Source: Patescibacteria group bacterium (GTDB taxonomy: Bacteria > Patescibacteriota > Dojkabacteria > GCA-002793355). From it: a stretch of 64,000 bases of DNA. Every line of letters starts with the position of its first letter. Position 1 is the stretch's first letter. The notes beneath the pieces were generated by a model. That model had not been told where the DNA came from. It ran no database searches and saw only the letters and a list, made by a program, of their open reading frames with translations. The stretch spans positions 156,185 to 220,184 of the forward strand of contig BOKM01000001.1 of NCBI GenBank assembly GCA_016860985.1. The letters run 5' to 3'. Shown one piece after another: positions 1 through 9,893 of the stretch. Made by a program: the position numbers and the translations under genes.

Positions 1-572
1 AAACCATATAAACCACACCATGCAGCCGGACCGCGAACAGAACCCGCAGTTTCACTTCCTATCGCATAAACAGACATATTCGCAGCAACCGCAGCTGCAC
101 TCCCTCCAGATGAACCACCAGAAACCCTTTGTGTATTGTAGGGATTAGCAGTCACACCATAATCACTAGTTTCAGTTGAGGAGCCATGAGCAAACGCATC
201 CATATTGGTTTTACCAACAAACACTGCATTGGCATCAAGCAACCGTTGAGTTACAGTCGCATTATACGGGGATACGTAGTTATCGAGTATTTTTGAGCTT
301 GCGGTGGTTTTTGTACCAATCCAGTTAAAGTTATCCTTTAACGCAGCAGGAATACCACCAACAAGAGATATTTCACGTCCACTTTCTATCATAGAATCGA
401 CCTTCGTTGCGGCCTCTAGAGCTTGCTCTCGTGTTTGCGAAACAAAACAATTCAATTCGCTTTCCCTTGCGTCTACGTTTTCAAGATATGAGTTTAGTAA
501 TTCGACAGCTGTGAACGAACGAGCAATTAGTTCTTTATGTAGTGATTCAATGGTTTGATATTTAGTATTCAT
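1..572 (-). CDS. gatA: Glutamyl-tRNA(Gln)/Asp-tRNA(Asn) amidotransferase subunit A, N-terminal part (gene continues beyond window start)
   Basis: Own translation of minus strand from ATG at 570-572: MNTKYQTIESLHKELIARS...GGSSGGSAAAVAA..GSETAGSVRGPAA, the amidase signature. It starts 1 nt after the gatC stop. Not in the ORF track because it is truncated by the window edge. Confidence 0.85.
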   Translation of the reverse strand, partial: MNTKYQTIESLHKELIARSFTAVELLNSYLENVDARESELNCFVSQTREQALEAATKVDSMIESGREISLVGGIPAALKDNFNWIGTKTTASSKILDNYVSPYNATVTQRLLDANAVFVGKTNMDAFAHGSSTETSDYGVTANPYNTQRVSGGSSGGSAAAVAANMSVYAIGSETAGSVRGPAAWCGLYG

Positions 573-573
573 A

Positions 574-855
574 TTACAAAACTTTATCTACAACAAAATA
601 TGATTTCTGCAAATTTCCCATCTTAGGATACTCATTTATAGACAATCCGAAAGTTGGTTCATCTTCGGCAACAATGTTTGTAAGACCGTGTGTCTGAGAA
701 GTTTCTTGAACTTGAGCTGTATCCAATTCTTTTAGTACGTCTACTGCAGAGAGTACTGTATTCAATTGATCTGTATACGTAGTAACTTCTGAGTCTTCGA
801 GATGAATACGAATTAAACCAGCGATTTTCTTGGTTTCATCATTTGTAATTTGCAT
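574..855 (-). CDS. gatC: Glu-tRNA(Gln) amidotransferase subunit C
   Basis: 93 aa, typical GatC size and composition, immediately upstream of gatA in a gatCA arrangement. Confidence 0.75.
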   Translation of the reverse strand: MQITNDETKKIAGLIRIHLEDSEVTTYTDQLNTVLSAVDVLKELDTAQVQETSQTHGLTNIVAEDEPTFGLSINEYPKMGNLQKSYFVVDKVL

Positions 856-861
856 GCGAGA

Positions 862-1467
862 TTATAGCACTTCCAAGCGCCAGCCACGACCATATTGTGA
901 GTGGATTTTATAGACGCTCGGCAAGCGTTTTTTTAATCGTGAGAGCACGACATAAAGCGCATTATCAGTCTCAACCACAGTGCTAAGCACATGTTTGGAA
1001 ACAAAATCCCCTTTGGCTTGAAGCAAAACGGTTAACACCTGTTCTTCTTTTGGGCTTAACTTACAGAGCTTCTCTATCTGTATCAGTGGTTCGGCTTTTT
1101 GATTACGTATCAATAATCTTTGCATTCTGGCAAAAAGCTCAGCTGGGAAAATTGGTTTTTTCATGTAATCTGCTACTCCGAATGCAAAACTCTTTAGTCG
1201 AACCGGCAAAGAGTCATAACCTGTCATAAGGATGCACTGGATAGTAGGGTATCGGGTTTTAACGCTTTCAAAAAAATCGAGCCCATCGTCGCCATGTCCA
1301 AGATGCAAATCGATAACGAGCATGTCAAATTTACTATCAACAATTTTCCATGCTTCAGTTGTATTTGAAGCGCAATAGCAATCACATCCCCTTCCTGATA
1401 AGTATTCCGCTAAAGAGTGTAGTAAATCAACATCATCTTCCAAGATTAAAACTTTTAGTGATTTCAT
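862..1467 (-). CDS. OmpR/PhoB-family two-component response regulator (receiver + winged-helix)
   Basis: LILEDD..DMLVIDLHL receiver motifs with a phospho-Asp context; C-terminal ...LSRLKKRL...GRGWRL is typical of trans_reg_C. No histidine kinase adjacent. Confidence 0.8.
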   Translation of the reverse strand: MKSLKVLILEDDVDLLHSLAEYLSGRGCDCYCASNTTEAWKIVDSKFDMLVIDLHLGHGDDGLDFFESVKTRYPTIQCILMTGYDSLPVRLKSFAFGVADYMKKPIFPAELFARMQRLLIRNQKAEPLIQIEKLCKLSPKEEQVLTVLLQAKGDFVSKHVLSTVVETDNALYVVLSRLKKRLPSVYKIHSQYGRGWRLEVL

Positions 1468-1470
1468 TGC

Positions 1471-2715
1471 CTACAAGATAAGCAGAATGAGGCTAACCAT
1501 TACCCCCGCCGTGAGCGAGACTCCAACTGTAATGTATGGGCCAAATGGCAAGAGGAACAAAAGCAAAATGATAACGGCAGTACCAATAAGGTATGACCAG
1601 ATAAGGCGCTTAGAACGGTCACTTAACAACGTCATTTGAAGCAGGTAGTACATGAGGGCATATCCAACGATACTAAATGCTTGGTATCTTAAAAATCTGC
1701 TTGTTAGCCAAAGTGATTGTTCATCAAAACTGCCCCTTGCATATATTACTTTTATTAGAGCTTCGGGCCATAGTGAAATAATAAAAGCAAAGGCAAGAGA
1801 AGCAACACCAAGTAATACAAAGGCAACCGTATTTATTTTTGTGATTGATCGATGTTCTTCTACCCAGCGTTGCATCGTCGGAATTAGATACGTAGTCAAA
1901 GGAATAACAAAAATTGGGTTAAACAGTCCAATCACTTTGTTTGAATAATTATACGCTGCAATGTAGCCTTCTCCTGCTGCATGCAATTTATCCAATATGA
2001 TAAATCCAGGCGCTCCCGACAAGATAAATGTCAAAAGTATTGGACCGATGTATGCAAGTAGTTGCTTTTCAAATCCAACTTTTTGAATACCAAATAGCTC
2101 TTTAACCCATGACTTTCCTTTAAGATAACGTTTTAGATCAGGTATCATAACAAGAATTCTTAATATTCCGGTTAAGAGCATAACAACAACATATAGATAA
2201 ATCCCGTACTGAGAAGCGATTACCACACCAAACAGTAATATGACATGGGCAACCAACTCTTGTGCGCCAGGCCAAAAGAATACTCGATTGTAGTTAAGAT
2301 AGCTTTGAATAATACCTGCCATTCCGTAAAATACTCCAGGCATTGCTGCGAGCAGTGAATACTGCCACGGGACATGCGGATACAGCATAAGCATAACGAA
2401 TACCAACAGTACGGAAACGATTATGAGAATCACACGATAAAAATGAAACGTTCTTAAAAAAATCTGCTGTTTTTCAGATTGGTCTCGCGCAAAAAATATT
2501 GTTAGTGCAGTTATTATTGTTTGGTTAATAAGGTACGCAGTAATAAAATCTGTCGGAAACAATAAAATACCAAGCAAATCTGACTGCGCAGAAGTGCCAA
2601 AGAAATACGCTATAAAAGCATTTCGCAAGAAACCCACAAATTTAGAAGTAACGGCCATCATTACGAGTGCAATTGGCGGCCAGTATTTTTTCAGAAACTC
2701 AAATAAGCGGTCCAT
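1471..2715 (-). CDS. murJ: MurJ/MviN-like lipid II flippase (MOP superfamily), short form
   Basis: Polytopic membrane protein. The N-terminus KFVGFLRNAFIAYFFGTSAQSDLLGILLFPTDFI resembles the MurJ N-terminal motif. Confidence 0.55.
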   Translation of the reverse strand: MDRLFEFLKKYWPPIALVMMAVTSKFVGFLRNAFIAYFFGTSAQSDLLGILLFPTDFITAYLINQTIITALTIFFARDQSEKQQIFLRTFHFYRVILIIVSVLLVFVMLMLYPHVPWQYSLLAAMPGVFYGMAGIIQSYLNYNRVFFWPGAQELVAHVILLFGVVIASQYGIYLYVVVMLLTGILRILVMIPDLKRYLKGKSWVKELFGIQKVGFEKQLLAYIGPILLTFILSGAPGFIILDKLHAAGEGYIAAYNYSNKVIGLFNPIFVIPLTTYLIPTMQRWVEEHRSITKINTVAFVLLGVASLAFAFIISLWPEALIKVIYARGSFDEQSLWLTSRFLRYQAFSIVGYALMYYLLQMTLLSDRSKRLIWSYLIGTAVIILLLFLLPFGPYITVGVSLTAGVMVSLILLIL

Positions 2716-2760
2716 CGAGTATCATTGTAACACTTTTTTTCATCAAAAAGTGAACAAAAC

Positions 2761-3162
2761 CTATTTACGAGTTGCACGAAACTCAGCCATATATCTTTGG
2801 ATATACTCTTGCCTATTTTTAAACGTTGATTCCGAAACAAAAGTCCTTGCCGCAGCGAGAGTTTCTGGTTGAGAGGACACCCGGCAAGAGGCAGATTTCC
2901 TCTCTTCTCTTATTCTATCTGAGAGAGCATTTTGTGCTTCGACAAAACTACGACTTGGTTCAAAATCATGCTCTTTCATACCTATATCGAGTGCTTTACC
3001 TACATCCAAAGCAAAATCAGCGTCAATCACCGAAAGCTCTGCAAGATGAATAATAGTAAACGCAGCCTCAATACGGTTTCCCTGTGTTGTCATATATTGG
3101 TAATATCGTTCCAATGAATATCTTGTAAAACCTGGCAACAATTCTGTATCATTTCTCGTCAT
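2761..3162 (-). CDS. hypothetical protein
   Basis: 133-aa ORF in the same orientation between gpmI and murJ. No recognisable motif. Confidence 0.4.
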   Translation of the reverse strand: MTRNDTELLPGFTRYSLERYYQYMTTQGNRIEAAFTIIHLAELSVIDADFALDVGKALDIGMKEHDFEPSRSFVEAQNALSDRIREERKSASCRVSSQPETLAAARTFVSESTFKNRQEYIQRYMAEFRATRK

Positions 3163-3200
3163 TGCTAATGATTATAGGACACTGCAACTCGCCTTGCAAG

Positions 3201-4787
3201 TTATACTAAAGGTTGCCCAGTCATGCTTGGGGCACCTTTTACATCAAGCAGAGAAAGTAAAGAAGCTGGTATATCAGAAAGTATTCCATTTTTATCCATC
3301 TCAGTCGCGTCGTAGACAAGCCGCTTAAGGTTAAGTGAATCTGTCCACTTTCCATCGTCTAAAATATCTGGATTTTCAATATACATGAAGGGTACAAGGT
3401 TCAATGTATGGTTTTTATCCGGCTCTCCAGATACTGGATTAATTTTCTGCTCAGCATTTCCATGATCCGCAGTCACGAGTACTCTCCCACCTTGTGCGAG
3501 CATCGCCCTAACTAAGAAATTAACACACCTATCGGTAACTTCTACAGCGCGAGCGGTTTGCATAATTTTGCCACTATGCCCAACCATATCAGGGTTTGCA
3601 AGATTCAATAAATAGAAATCTTCTTGTCTTTTATTAATTCTTTCTAATAAAACGTCGGTGACTTGATAGGCAGACATCTCCGGAACCGTTGAATAATCTT
3701 TTACCTTGGGCGACTGAATAATATGGAACTCTTCACCATTCGCTGGAGCTTCTCGCCCTCCATTAAAAAAATACGTTACGTGTGCATACTTCTCAGTTTC
3801 AGCAATATGGAATTGTTTTTTACCTGCCTTGGCAAGTGTATCTGAAATTGGCTCGTAGTTTTCGCTCGATTCAAATAATACGTCTACAGGTAAACCTTCT
3901 TCGTACCCAGACATTGTAATAAACCGCTCTATAACAAAGGGTCTTTCGAATTCAGTGAATTTTTCGTTTGGTGAAACGAACGCCTTAGTAATTTGCCGTG
4001 CTCGATCTTCACGAAAGTTAAAGAAAAGTACCACATCGTTTTGTGTAATAGGAGCTACAGGGTTACCATTCGCATCGACGATAACCGTTGGAGTAAGCGT
4101 TTCATCATCTTCTTGCCTTGAATAAGCGTGTTCTAAGGCGACTTCAGGTTCGGTTTCCTTTAATCCTCCTTTCCCTATCATCGCATCGTACGCGAGTTTT
4201 ATTCGGTCCCACGCGTTGTTGCGATCCATTGCATAAAACCTTCCAACAACGCTGGCAATGCGCTTCATACCGTACTGGAACATTCGTTCACGCAATTTTT
4301 TTAGATAAAAGCGGGCTTCAAAGCGTGGTGTATCACGACCGTCGGTGATAATGTGAAATACTGGGTCAATACCATTTTTTTTGCAGAATTCCATCAATGC
4401 AAATAGATGTCGCACATCTGCATGAACACCCGATGCGGTTAACAATCCTACAATATGAAGAGTCCTCCTGTTTTGGTTGACATCTTTTGCCATTCGAAGC
4501 AGGACTTCACTTTTAAAAAAGGAACCATCAACAATGCTATCGTTAATTGTTGAAATCATTTGGTAGACGACCGTTCCTGCTCCAAGATTTAAGTGACCTA
4601 CTTCGCTATTGCCTGGAACTCCCGCTGGTAACCCTACGTCTGGACCAGAAGCGCCAAGCAACAATTTCTTATCTGCACGAGTCCAAAGGCGATCGAGTGT
4701 TGGCGTTTTAGCATGGAGCACAGCATTACCTGCATAATCTTTGCCAACGCCAAGTCCATCCATTATAATAAGCAGTACGGGTTTCAT
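3201..4787 (-). CDS. gpmI: 2,3-bisphosphoglycerate-independent phosphoglycerate mutase
   Basis: 528 aa. The N-terminus [15 protein letters not shown].. and full-length similarity are characteristic of iPGM. Confidence 0.9.
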   Translation of the reverse strand: MKPVLLIIMDGLGVGKDYAGNAVLHAKTPTLDRLWTRADKKLLLGASGPDVGLPAGVPGNSEVGHLNLGAGTVVYQMISTINDSIVDGSFFKSEVLLRMAKDVNQNRRTLHIVGLLTASGVHADVRHLFALMEFCKKNGIDPVFHIITDGRDTPRFEARFYLKKLRERMFQYGMKRIASVVGRFYAMDRNNAWDRIKLAYDAMIGKGGLKETEPEVALEHAYSRQEDDETLTPTVIVDANGNPVAPITQNDVVLFFNFREDRARQITKAFVSPNEKFTEFERPFVIERFITMSGYEEGLPVDVLFESSENYEPISDTLAKAGKKQFHIAETEKYAHVTYFFNGGREAPANGEEFHIIQSPKVKDYSTVPEMSAYQVTDVLLERINKRQEDFYLLNLANPDMVGHSGKIMQTARAVEVTDRCVNFLVRAMLAQGGRVLVTADHGNAEQKINPVSGEPDKNHTLNLVPFMYIENPDILDDGKWTDSLNLKRLVYDATEMDKNGILSDIPASLLSLLDVKGAPSMTGQPLV

Positions 4788-4809
4788 TCAAATTCATTAT
4801 ACCCTACCT

Positions 4810-5742
4810 ATGACTTTAGACAATATATTTTCACAACTCACCGAGAAAGAACTAGCAGACTTGTTTGCATACGAGTCACCCCTATGGACACAGCGAGAAG
4901 GATCTTCGCTTAAAGACCTGTGGCAACTCGCGCAACAAGATGAGTCATTATTAGTTGATGTGCTTAACGAAACGAAACAGAAACTCCCGCAAATACTTGC
5001 TAAGTCGACCTCCTTTTTTGGTGATCGTGGGTGTATTATCGACATAAGAGTTGGCCAAGGGGGGCTTGATGCTCAAGATTGGACAAGTATGCTTACCACT
5101 GCATATACGGAATATTTTAAGAGTATTGCACTGCCCTTTACGCTTTTGGAGTACGAACCGGACTCAATCGCAGGAATCACCCATGCAAGCATCGAGATTA
5201 ACTCGTCTTGGGCATATCTCGCGTTAAAACGAGAAGAAGGATCTCACAGACTTGAGCGTAAATCGCCTTTTAATACAAAAGGTAAATTGCAAACTTCAAA
5301 CTGTATTGTGCAGGTTTTTCCAACCTCAAACAACAAAGATGTGACCACAATAAAAGAAAGTGACTTAGAGATAAAAACCGGTCGCTCGAGCGGACCAGGC
5401 GGGCAAAACGTTAATAAAGTCGAGACTGCAGTCATCGTGAAGCACCTCCCAACTGGAATAATGATAAAAAGCAGTCAGACTAGGAGTCAATTACAAAACA
5501 AACAAAACGCACTTACTATGCTTAAAGCAGCACTTCTAAAACGAGAAGAAGCACAGAAAGCCAAAGAGCTCGCAGATTATAAAGCGACCTCACTTGAATC
5601 CGTTATACGAACATACGACTTTGCACTTAACTATGTAAAGGATTCCCGTTTTTCCTTTAAAACCTCTCAACTTGAAAAGACCTTAAAAGGTGAATTCTTT
5701 CCATTTATTTGGAGGGCATTGCTCCACGAATTCGAGCGCTAA
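4810..5742 (+). CDS. prfB: Peptide chain release factor 2 (N-terminally short form, no programmed frameshift)
   Basis: SPF tripeptide (RKSPFNTKG) specific to RF2, GGQ motif ([11 protein letters not shown]), and [14 protein letters not shown] aligns to E. coli RF2 DIQAGSGGTEAQDW. Start chosen at the second Met (MTLDNIF) to avoid overlap with the divergent gpmI. Confidence 0.85.
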   Translation: MTLDNIFSQLTEKELADLFAYESPLWTQREGSSLKDLWQLAQQDESLLVDVLNETKQKLPQILAKSTSFFGDRGCIIDIRVGQGGLDAQDWTSMLTTAYTEYFKSIALPFTLLEYEPDSIAGITHASIEINSSWAYLALKREEGSHRLERKSPFNTKGKLQTSNCIVQVFPTSNNKDVTTIKESDLEIKTGRSSGPGGQNVNKVETAVIVKHLPTGIMIKSSQTRSQLQNKQNALTMLKAALLKREEAQKAKELADYKATSLESVIRTYDFALNYVKDSRFSFKTSQLEKTLKGEFFPFIWRALLHEFER

Positions 5743-5774
5743 GGCCTACCGGTGCCCCTATGCTACAATAGGAG

Positions 5775-6644
5775 ATGCTCCGCGTTTCAAAATTATCAAA
5801 ATTATACCAACAGGGAAACACAATTATCCCCGTTCTTAAGAACATTTCATTTGGGCTAGAACGTGGAGAGTTTGTCTTTCTTACCGGCCCATCTGGATCA
5901 GGTAAAACAACACTCATAAAACTTCTTATTCGCCAAGAGCTCCCTACAAAAGGCACCATTATTTTCGAAACCGTTCCGATTGAACAACTCCCTCGTCAAC
6001 TTATCCCCTCATACCGTAGAACTGTTGGGGTCGTCTTTCAAGACTACAAGTTACTCGAAAACAAGACCGTTCACGAAAATGTCTCCTTTGTGCTCGAAAT
6101 ATTAAACAAAACCTCAAAAGAAGTGAATCAAACAGTTGAGTACCTTCTTGACTACGTTGGACTTGCCGATAAAAGGAATCTTTTTCCAAAGCAGCTCTCT
6201 GGGGGTGAAAAACGAAGAGCAGTGATAGCGAGAGCAATTGCAAACAACCCTAAACTCCTTATCGCCGACGAACCGACCGGTGATCTTGACTATGAAAACT
6301 CAGAAAATATCATGGCGTTACTCGCAAAAATTAACAAAGCGGGAACTAGCGTGATCATGACCACCCATAATCTCGATTTTATTAAAAGGTACCCCTATTC
6401 ACATTGGCATCTTGAAGGTGGATTGCTGCAACAAGGATCACCAAAGAGTCAGAAACAAGCGGCACAATTCATGAAGTCACTTAACAAGATTCTCCCAGAA
6501 TCGATTATCAACAAGTTGCAACCATTAAATCCAGATGAAAAATCTGACCTATTAAACCTTACTCCTCAGTTCCTAAAAGAAGAGCTCAAATTCACTGACC
6601 AAGAAATTTCGCAGCTCGCTTCTAATCTAAAACAACTACCGTAA
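5775..6644 (+). CDS. ftsE: Cell division ABC transporter ATP-binding protein FtsE, with ~65-aa C-terminal extension
   Basis: Walker A GPSGSGKTT, ABC signature LSGGEKRR, Walker B LLIADEPTGDLD. Followed directly by ftsX. Confidence 0.9.
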   Translation: MLRVSKLSKLYQQGNTIIPVLKNISFGLERGEFVFLTGPSGSGKTTLIKLLIRQELPTKGTIIFETVPIEQLPRQLIPSYRRTVGVVFQDYKLLENKTVHENVSFVLEILNKTSKEVNQTVEYLLDYVGLADKRNLFPKQLSGGEKRRAVIARAIANNPKLLIADEPTGDLDYENSENIMALLAKINKAGTSVIMTTHNLDFIKRYPYSHWHLEGGLLQQGSPKSQKQAAQFMKSLNKILPESIINKLQPLNPDEKSDLLNLTPQFLKEELKFTDQEISQLASNLKQLP

Positions 6645-6648
6645 GCTT

Positions 6649-7566
6649 ATGAACCTCGTTTGGGCAACAGCCTTAAAATATATTCGCAGAAATCCAGGGT
6701 TGTCTCTGGCCAGTATCGTTATAATAACCGTTACTTTTTCACTCGGTACAATGTTTTTTGTCATTAACCAATTCGCAACCAACACTGTTACTTACTTGCA
6801 AAGCCAACCGACACTCTCTGTCTTTTATGACCCAAAAGAGAAAGAAGAAAATATAGTTGCCTTTAAAACACATTTAGAAAAGCAGCCCGGAGTACTAAAA
6901 GTTAGTTATTCAACCTCAGCCGATATTCAAAAAAATTACCTATCAAGCGTTGGAATTTCCCCCGAAAGGCAAAATGAGTTCACTTTCGACACTAATCAAA
7001 TACGTATATTGCGTGTACAACTCAACCCTGGCGTTGACTTCAAACCATTTGTAAAAATTGTAGAAGACGAAAAGAACAAAGGCGGGCTCATAATAGAAAC
7101 TGTGTATTTTCAGGACGTTGTGGAAAAGATTCGACAATTTAGTACAACAGTTACAGCAGGGAGCATAGGGATAACAACTTTCCTATTAATAATCTCCGTC
7201 ATACTAGTCTACCTTACCATTGGTTTTACCATTAACCGTTTTGCTCAAGAAATTGAAATCATGGATCTAGTCGGGGCAGAACCAAAGGTTATCGCCATGC
7301 CGTTTATGCTTCAGGGTGCTATTTACGGATTCGCTGCAGCAACAATTTCCTACCTTTCTATTATCTTGCTTTGGGCAATTGTGAATACGGTTCTCAAAGA
7401 CAATGTGCTTTTTGTATTCATACACAACATTATGTCGAGTGTTGGACTTAGTGCACTATTTTATCCTTCGTGGATTTTTTTTGCATTTGGCGTTATTGAA
7501 ATAATTATAGGTAGCAGCATTGGCTACATCTGTGCCTTTTTTGCTACCAAGCGTTATATTAAATAA
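6649..7566 (+). CDS. ftsX: Cell division permease FtsX
   Basis: 305 aa, FtsX topology (N-terminal TM, large extracytoplasmic loop, three C-terminal TMs). Adjacent to ftsE. Confidence 0.85.
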   Translation: MNLVWATALKYIRRNPGLSLASIVIITVTFSLGTMFFVINQFATNTVTYLQSQPTLSVFYDPKEKEENIVAFKTHLEKQPGVLKVSYSTSADIQKNYLSSVGISPERQNEFTFDTNQIRILRVQLNPGVDFKPFVKIVEDEKNKGGLIIETVYFQDVVEKIRQFSTTVTAGSIGITTFLLIISVILVYLTIGFTINRFAQEIEIMDLVGAEPKVIAMPFMLQGAIYGFAAATISYLSIILLWAIVNTVLKDNVLFVFIHNIMSSVGLSALFYPSWIFFAFGVIEIIIGSSIGYICAFFATKRYIK

Positions 7567-7576
7567 AGCGAATGTC

Positions 7577-8938
7577 ATGGTTGTAAATATGACACACAAA
7601 GCAGTTCGGATTCTCGCGTTAATGCTCCTTTTTTGTGTGGTCGGGCTTTTTTTTGCATCAAATAACAACGTAAACTTGCGTGCTGCAACAGAGTGTCCAA
7701 GTTCCCTCCCTGCGCGCGAAAGACTTGATTGTTTGTATAAAAGAAGCAGCGAACTAAAAAATCAGAGAAAGAGTATCGAAAGCACCTTAAAGAATGTGCG
7801 AGCTCAAGAAGGCGATATTCAATCCCAAATCGATGAATTAAATGCTCAAATAGCAGCCAACGAAAACGAGCTCTCGCAAAAACAGATTGAAATTGAATTG
7901 GCAAGTATCGAAATTGCAAACATCGGAGAAGATATAACAGAGACAAAAAACCGAATTGACACACTAAAGCAAGAATCTCAAACCTCAATGCAAAAAGTCA
8001 ACGAAATCGCTATGCTCGCGTACAAAGTAAACAGTATTCCTATTTGGTATCTTCTCGCACAAAACGATTTAATCTCCACTTTAGAGATGTTGCGATATTT
8101 TGACTATATCTCACAGCAGGAGAAAGTAAGGCTCGCTCAATTCAGCAATCTTCATTCACAACTCAGCTCAGAAGAAAAAGTTCTCGGAGTTGCTCAATCG
8201 AGTATCATTGAAAAGCGAGATGCAATGGAAGCAGCAAACCTCGAGATTATTGAGCTCAAATCGACGTTAAGCACGCAGCGAGACAAGCAAAAAACACTTT
8301 TATCAAGCCTTGCTCAGCAGGAAAAAGCCCTGGCAGCTGAACGCTCAAAACTTATTGCACAACAAAACGCAGCAGATAGACAAGCTCTTTCAATTGCGAT
8401 TCAACTTTTTGAAGCAAACAAGCTTGGTAATGGAACACCCGTAAGACGAGGTGACATTATCGGTCGAGAAGGTTTTACTGGCTGTAGCTTTGGGGCACAC
8501 ATACATTACGGCTTTATTTCTGGAACTGGCTCCTATTACACAAATGTAAATCCTTTTTCTTCTGGGCTCTTACGGCAATCCGGCTCTTATATAGTTGATG
8601 GTAGAGCAAAAGCACCATTACCTGGAATGCTTATGACCGGTGGCTTTCACGATAACTATTCAATTGACGCAGTCTCTACATCGGCCGGAAATCAGGATAG
8701 TAGCCGTAAATACCAAATTATCACACCGGTATGTTGGCAAACAAAAGGTAGAACCTATTCACTAACTGGCTGGGGTGCACCAATTTATGCCGCATTAGAG
8801 GGCAAAGTATACTACGGTACTGACAGCATGGGGGGGAGATACGCCATTGTCGATCACGGAAATGTCTTTAACGGAAAGAAACTTAAGAGCATCTACTGGC
8901 ATTTAGACGGTCCAGATGCAAAGAAAAAAGTGCTCTAA
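7577..8938 (+). CDS. EnvC-like coiled-coil protein with degenerate/rearranged M23 (LytM) peptidase domain
   Basis: N-terminal signal/TM, ~250 aa of coiled coil, then GDIIGREGFTGCSFGAHIHYGF (M23 C-terminal HxH block) and later GAPIYAALEGKVYYG...GGRYAIVDHGN..KSIYWHL (M23 N-terminal block, GID->GWG). ftsEX-envC synteny. Confidence 0.7.
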   Translation: MVVNMTHKAVRILALMLLFCVVGLFFASNNNVNLRAATECPSSLPARERLDCLYKRSSELKNQRKSIESTLKNVRAQEGDIQSQIDELNAQIAANENELSQKQIEIELASIEIANIGEDITETKNRIDTLKQESQTSMQKVNEIAMLAYKVNSIPIWYLLAQNDLISTLEMLRYFDYISQQEKVRLAQFSNLHSQLSSEEKVLGVAQSSIIEKRDAMEAANLEIIELKSTLSTQRDKQKTLLSSLAQQEKALAAERSKLIAQQNAADRQALSIAIQLFEANKLGNGTPVRRGDIIGREGFTGCSFGAHIHYGFISGTGSYYTNVNPFSSGLLRQSGSYIVDGRAKAPLPGMLMTGGFHDNYSIDAVSTSAGNQDSSRKYQIITPVCWQTKGRTYSLTGWGAPIYAALEGKVYYGTDSMGGRYAIVDHGNVFNGKKLKSIYWHLDGPDAKKKVL

Positions 8939-9005
8939 ATATTCACTTGGTTTAACAAGAAATTCTGTTATAATTGACCACATTAATCTATAAGAATACA
9001 TATTT

Positions 9006-9752
9006 ATGAAAGACGAAGCAGTTCAAAAGTCAGTAAAGAAATTTAAGATTCAGCTTCCAACTACGCTAGTAATTCGCAGAGAAACCGTAATGAAAGCGCT
9101 TGTAGGTGTTGTTATAGCTCTTGTACTTGTTCCTGTATTTGACTGGGTAATCCAAACTTCAATCACTTCACAATATGTTGCATTTTATAAGAATGCAGAC
9201 GTGTCCCGTGCAGCGTATGTCAAAGAAATGGAACGACAATATGGAGATCAGGTTGTTAACGAAATGCTCGCAAAAGCAGCAATCGCACAAGCAGCCAAAG
9301 AACGAGACATTACCGTTTCAGAGGCAGATATTGATAAAGCAGTCGAAGCTGATAAAACAAATGCAGGGATTACAACTGCAGAAGATTTTGAAGCTGCCCT
9401 CGCACAAAGTGGAATTACCGTTGATGAATACAGAGCCTATGTAAAAGTTACGGTTACACTCGACAAACTTATTGAAGGAACCATTACTGACCCAACCGAT
9501 GCAGAAATCGAAGAATATTTCACCTCCAACAAGACCCTGTTCGAAGGCAAGAAACTGGAAGAAGTTAAAACTACAATTGCAGCCGAGATTAAGCAAAACA
9601 AATTAAGCGAAACCCGCCAAGAATGGATTAGCAAAGCACTTGAGAACTTCAACGCAAGTAACACTTTAGTGAGCAAAGAAAGCAGAAAGTACAAATTCCT
9701 CCGAAGTATTGACTTGGTCACAAGACTATTTAGTGCTGACCCAACCAAATAG
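9006..9752 (+). CDS. membrane-anchored SurA/PpiD N-domain-like periplasmic chaperone (no PPIase domain); alternative start 9090
   Basis: N-terminal TM then an Ala/Glu/Lys-rich helical domain that weakly resembles the SurA N-terminal chaperone domain. Confidence 0.4.
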   Translation: MKDEAVQKSVKKFKIQLPTTLVIRRETVMKALVGVVIALVLVPVFDWVIQTSITSQYVAFYKNADVSRAAYVKEMERQYGDQVVNEMLAKAAIAQAAKERDITVSEADIDKAVEADKTNAGITTAEDFEAALAQSGITVDEYRAYVKVTVTLDKLIEGTITDPTDAEIEEYFTSNKTLFEGKKLEEVKTTIAAEIKQNKLSETRQEWISKALENFNASNTLVSKESRKYKFLRSIDLVTRLFSADPTK

Positions 9753-9893
9753 GATTCAAGGACAAAAAAATAGATTACAAATCACAGGGTTTTACTAAGT
9801 TATCTGTTCTGTTGTTGTAAGAAACATAGATACACGTAAACTTACTAAACAGTAATACTCGCTTTGTATTGCTGCTTGTGAATCTGAGTTTTG

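Noticed and set aside
304-558. 84-aa + strand ORF at the window start
   Set aside because: It lies antisense inside the gatA coding region, whose amidase signature is unambiguous on the minus strand.
4741-4830. Programmed +1 frameshift site of prfB
   Set aside because: No CUU UGA C heptamer or SD-like stimulator is present. The ORF is continuous in one frame.
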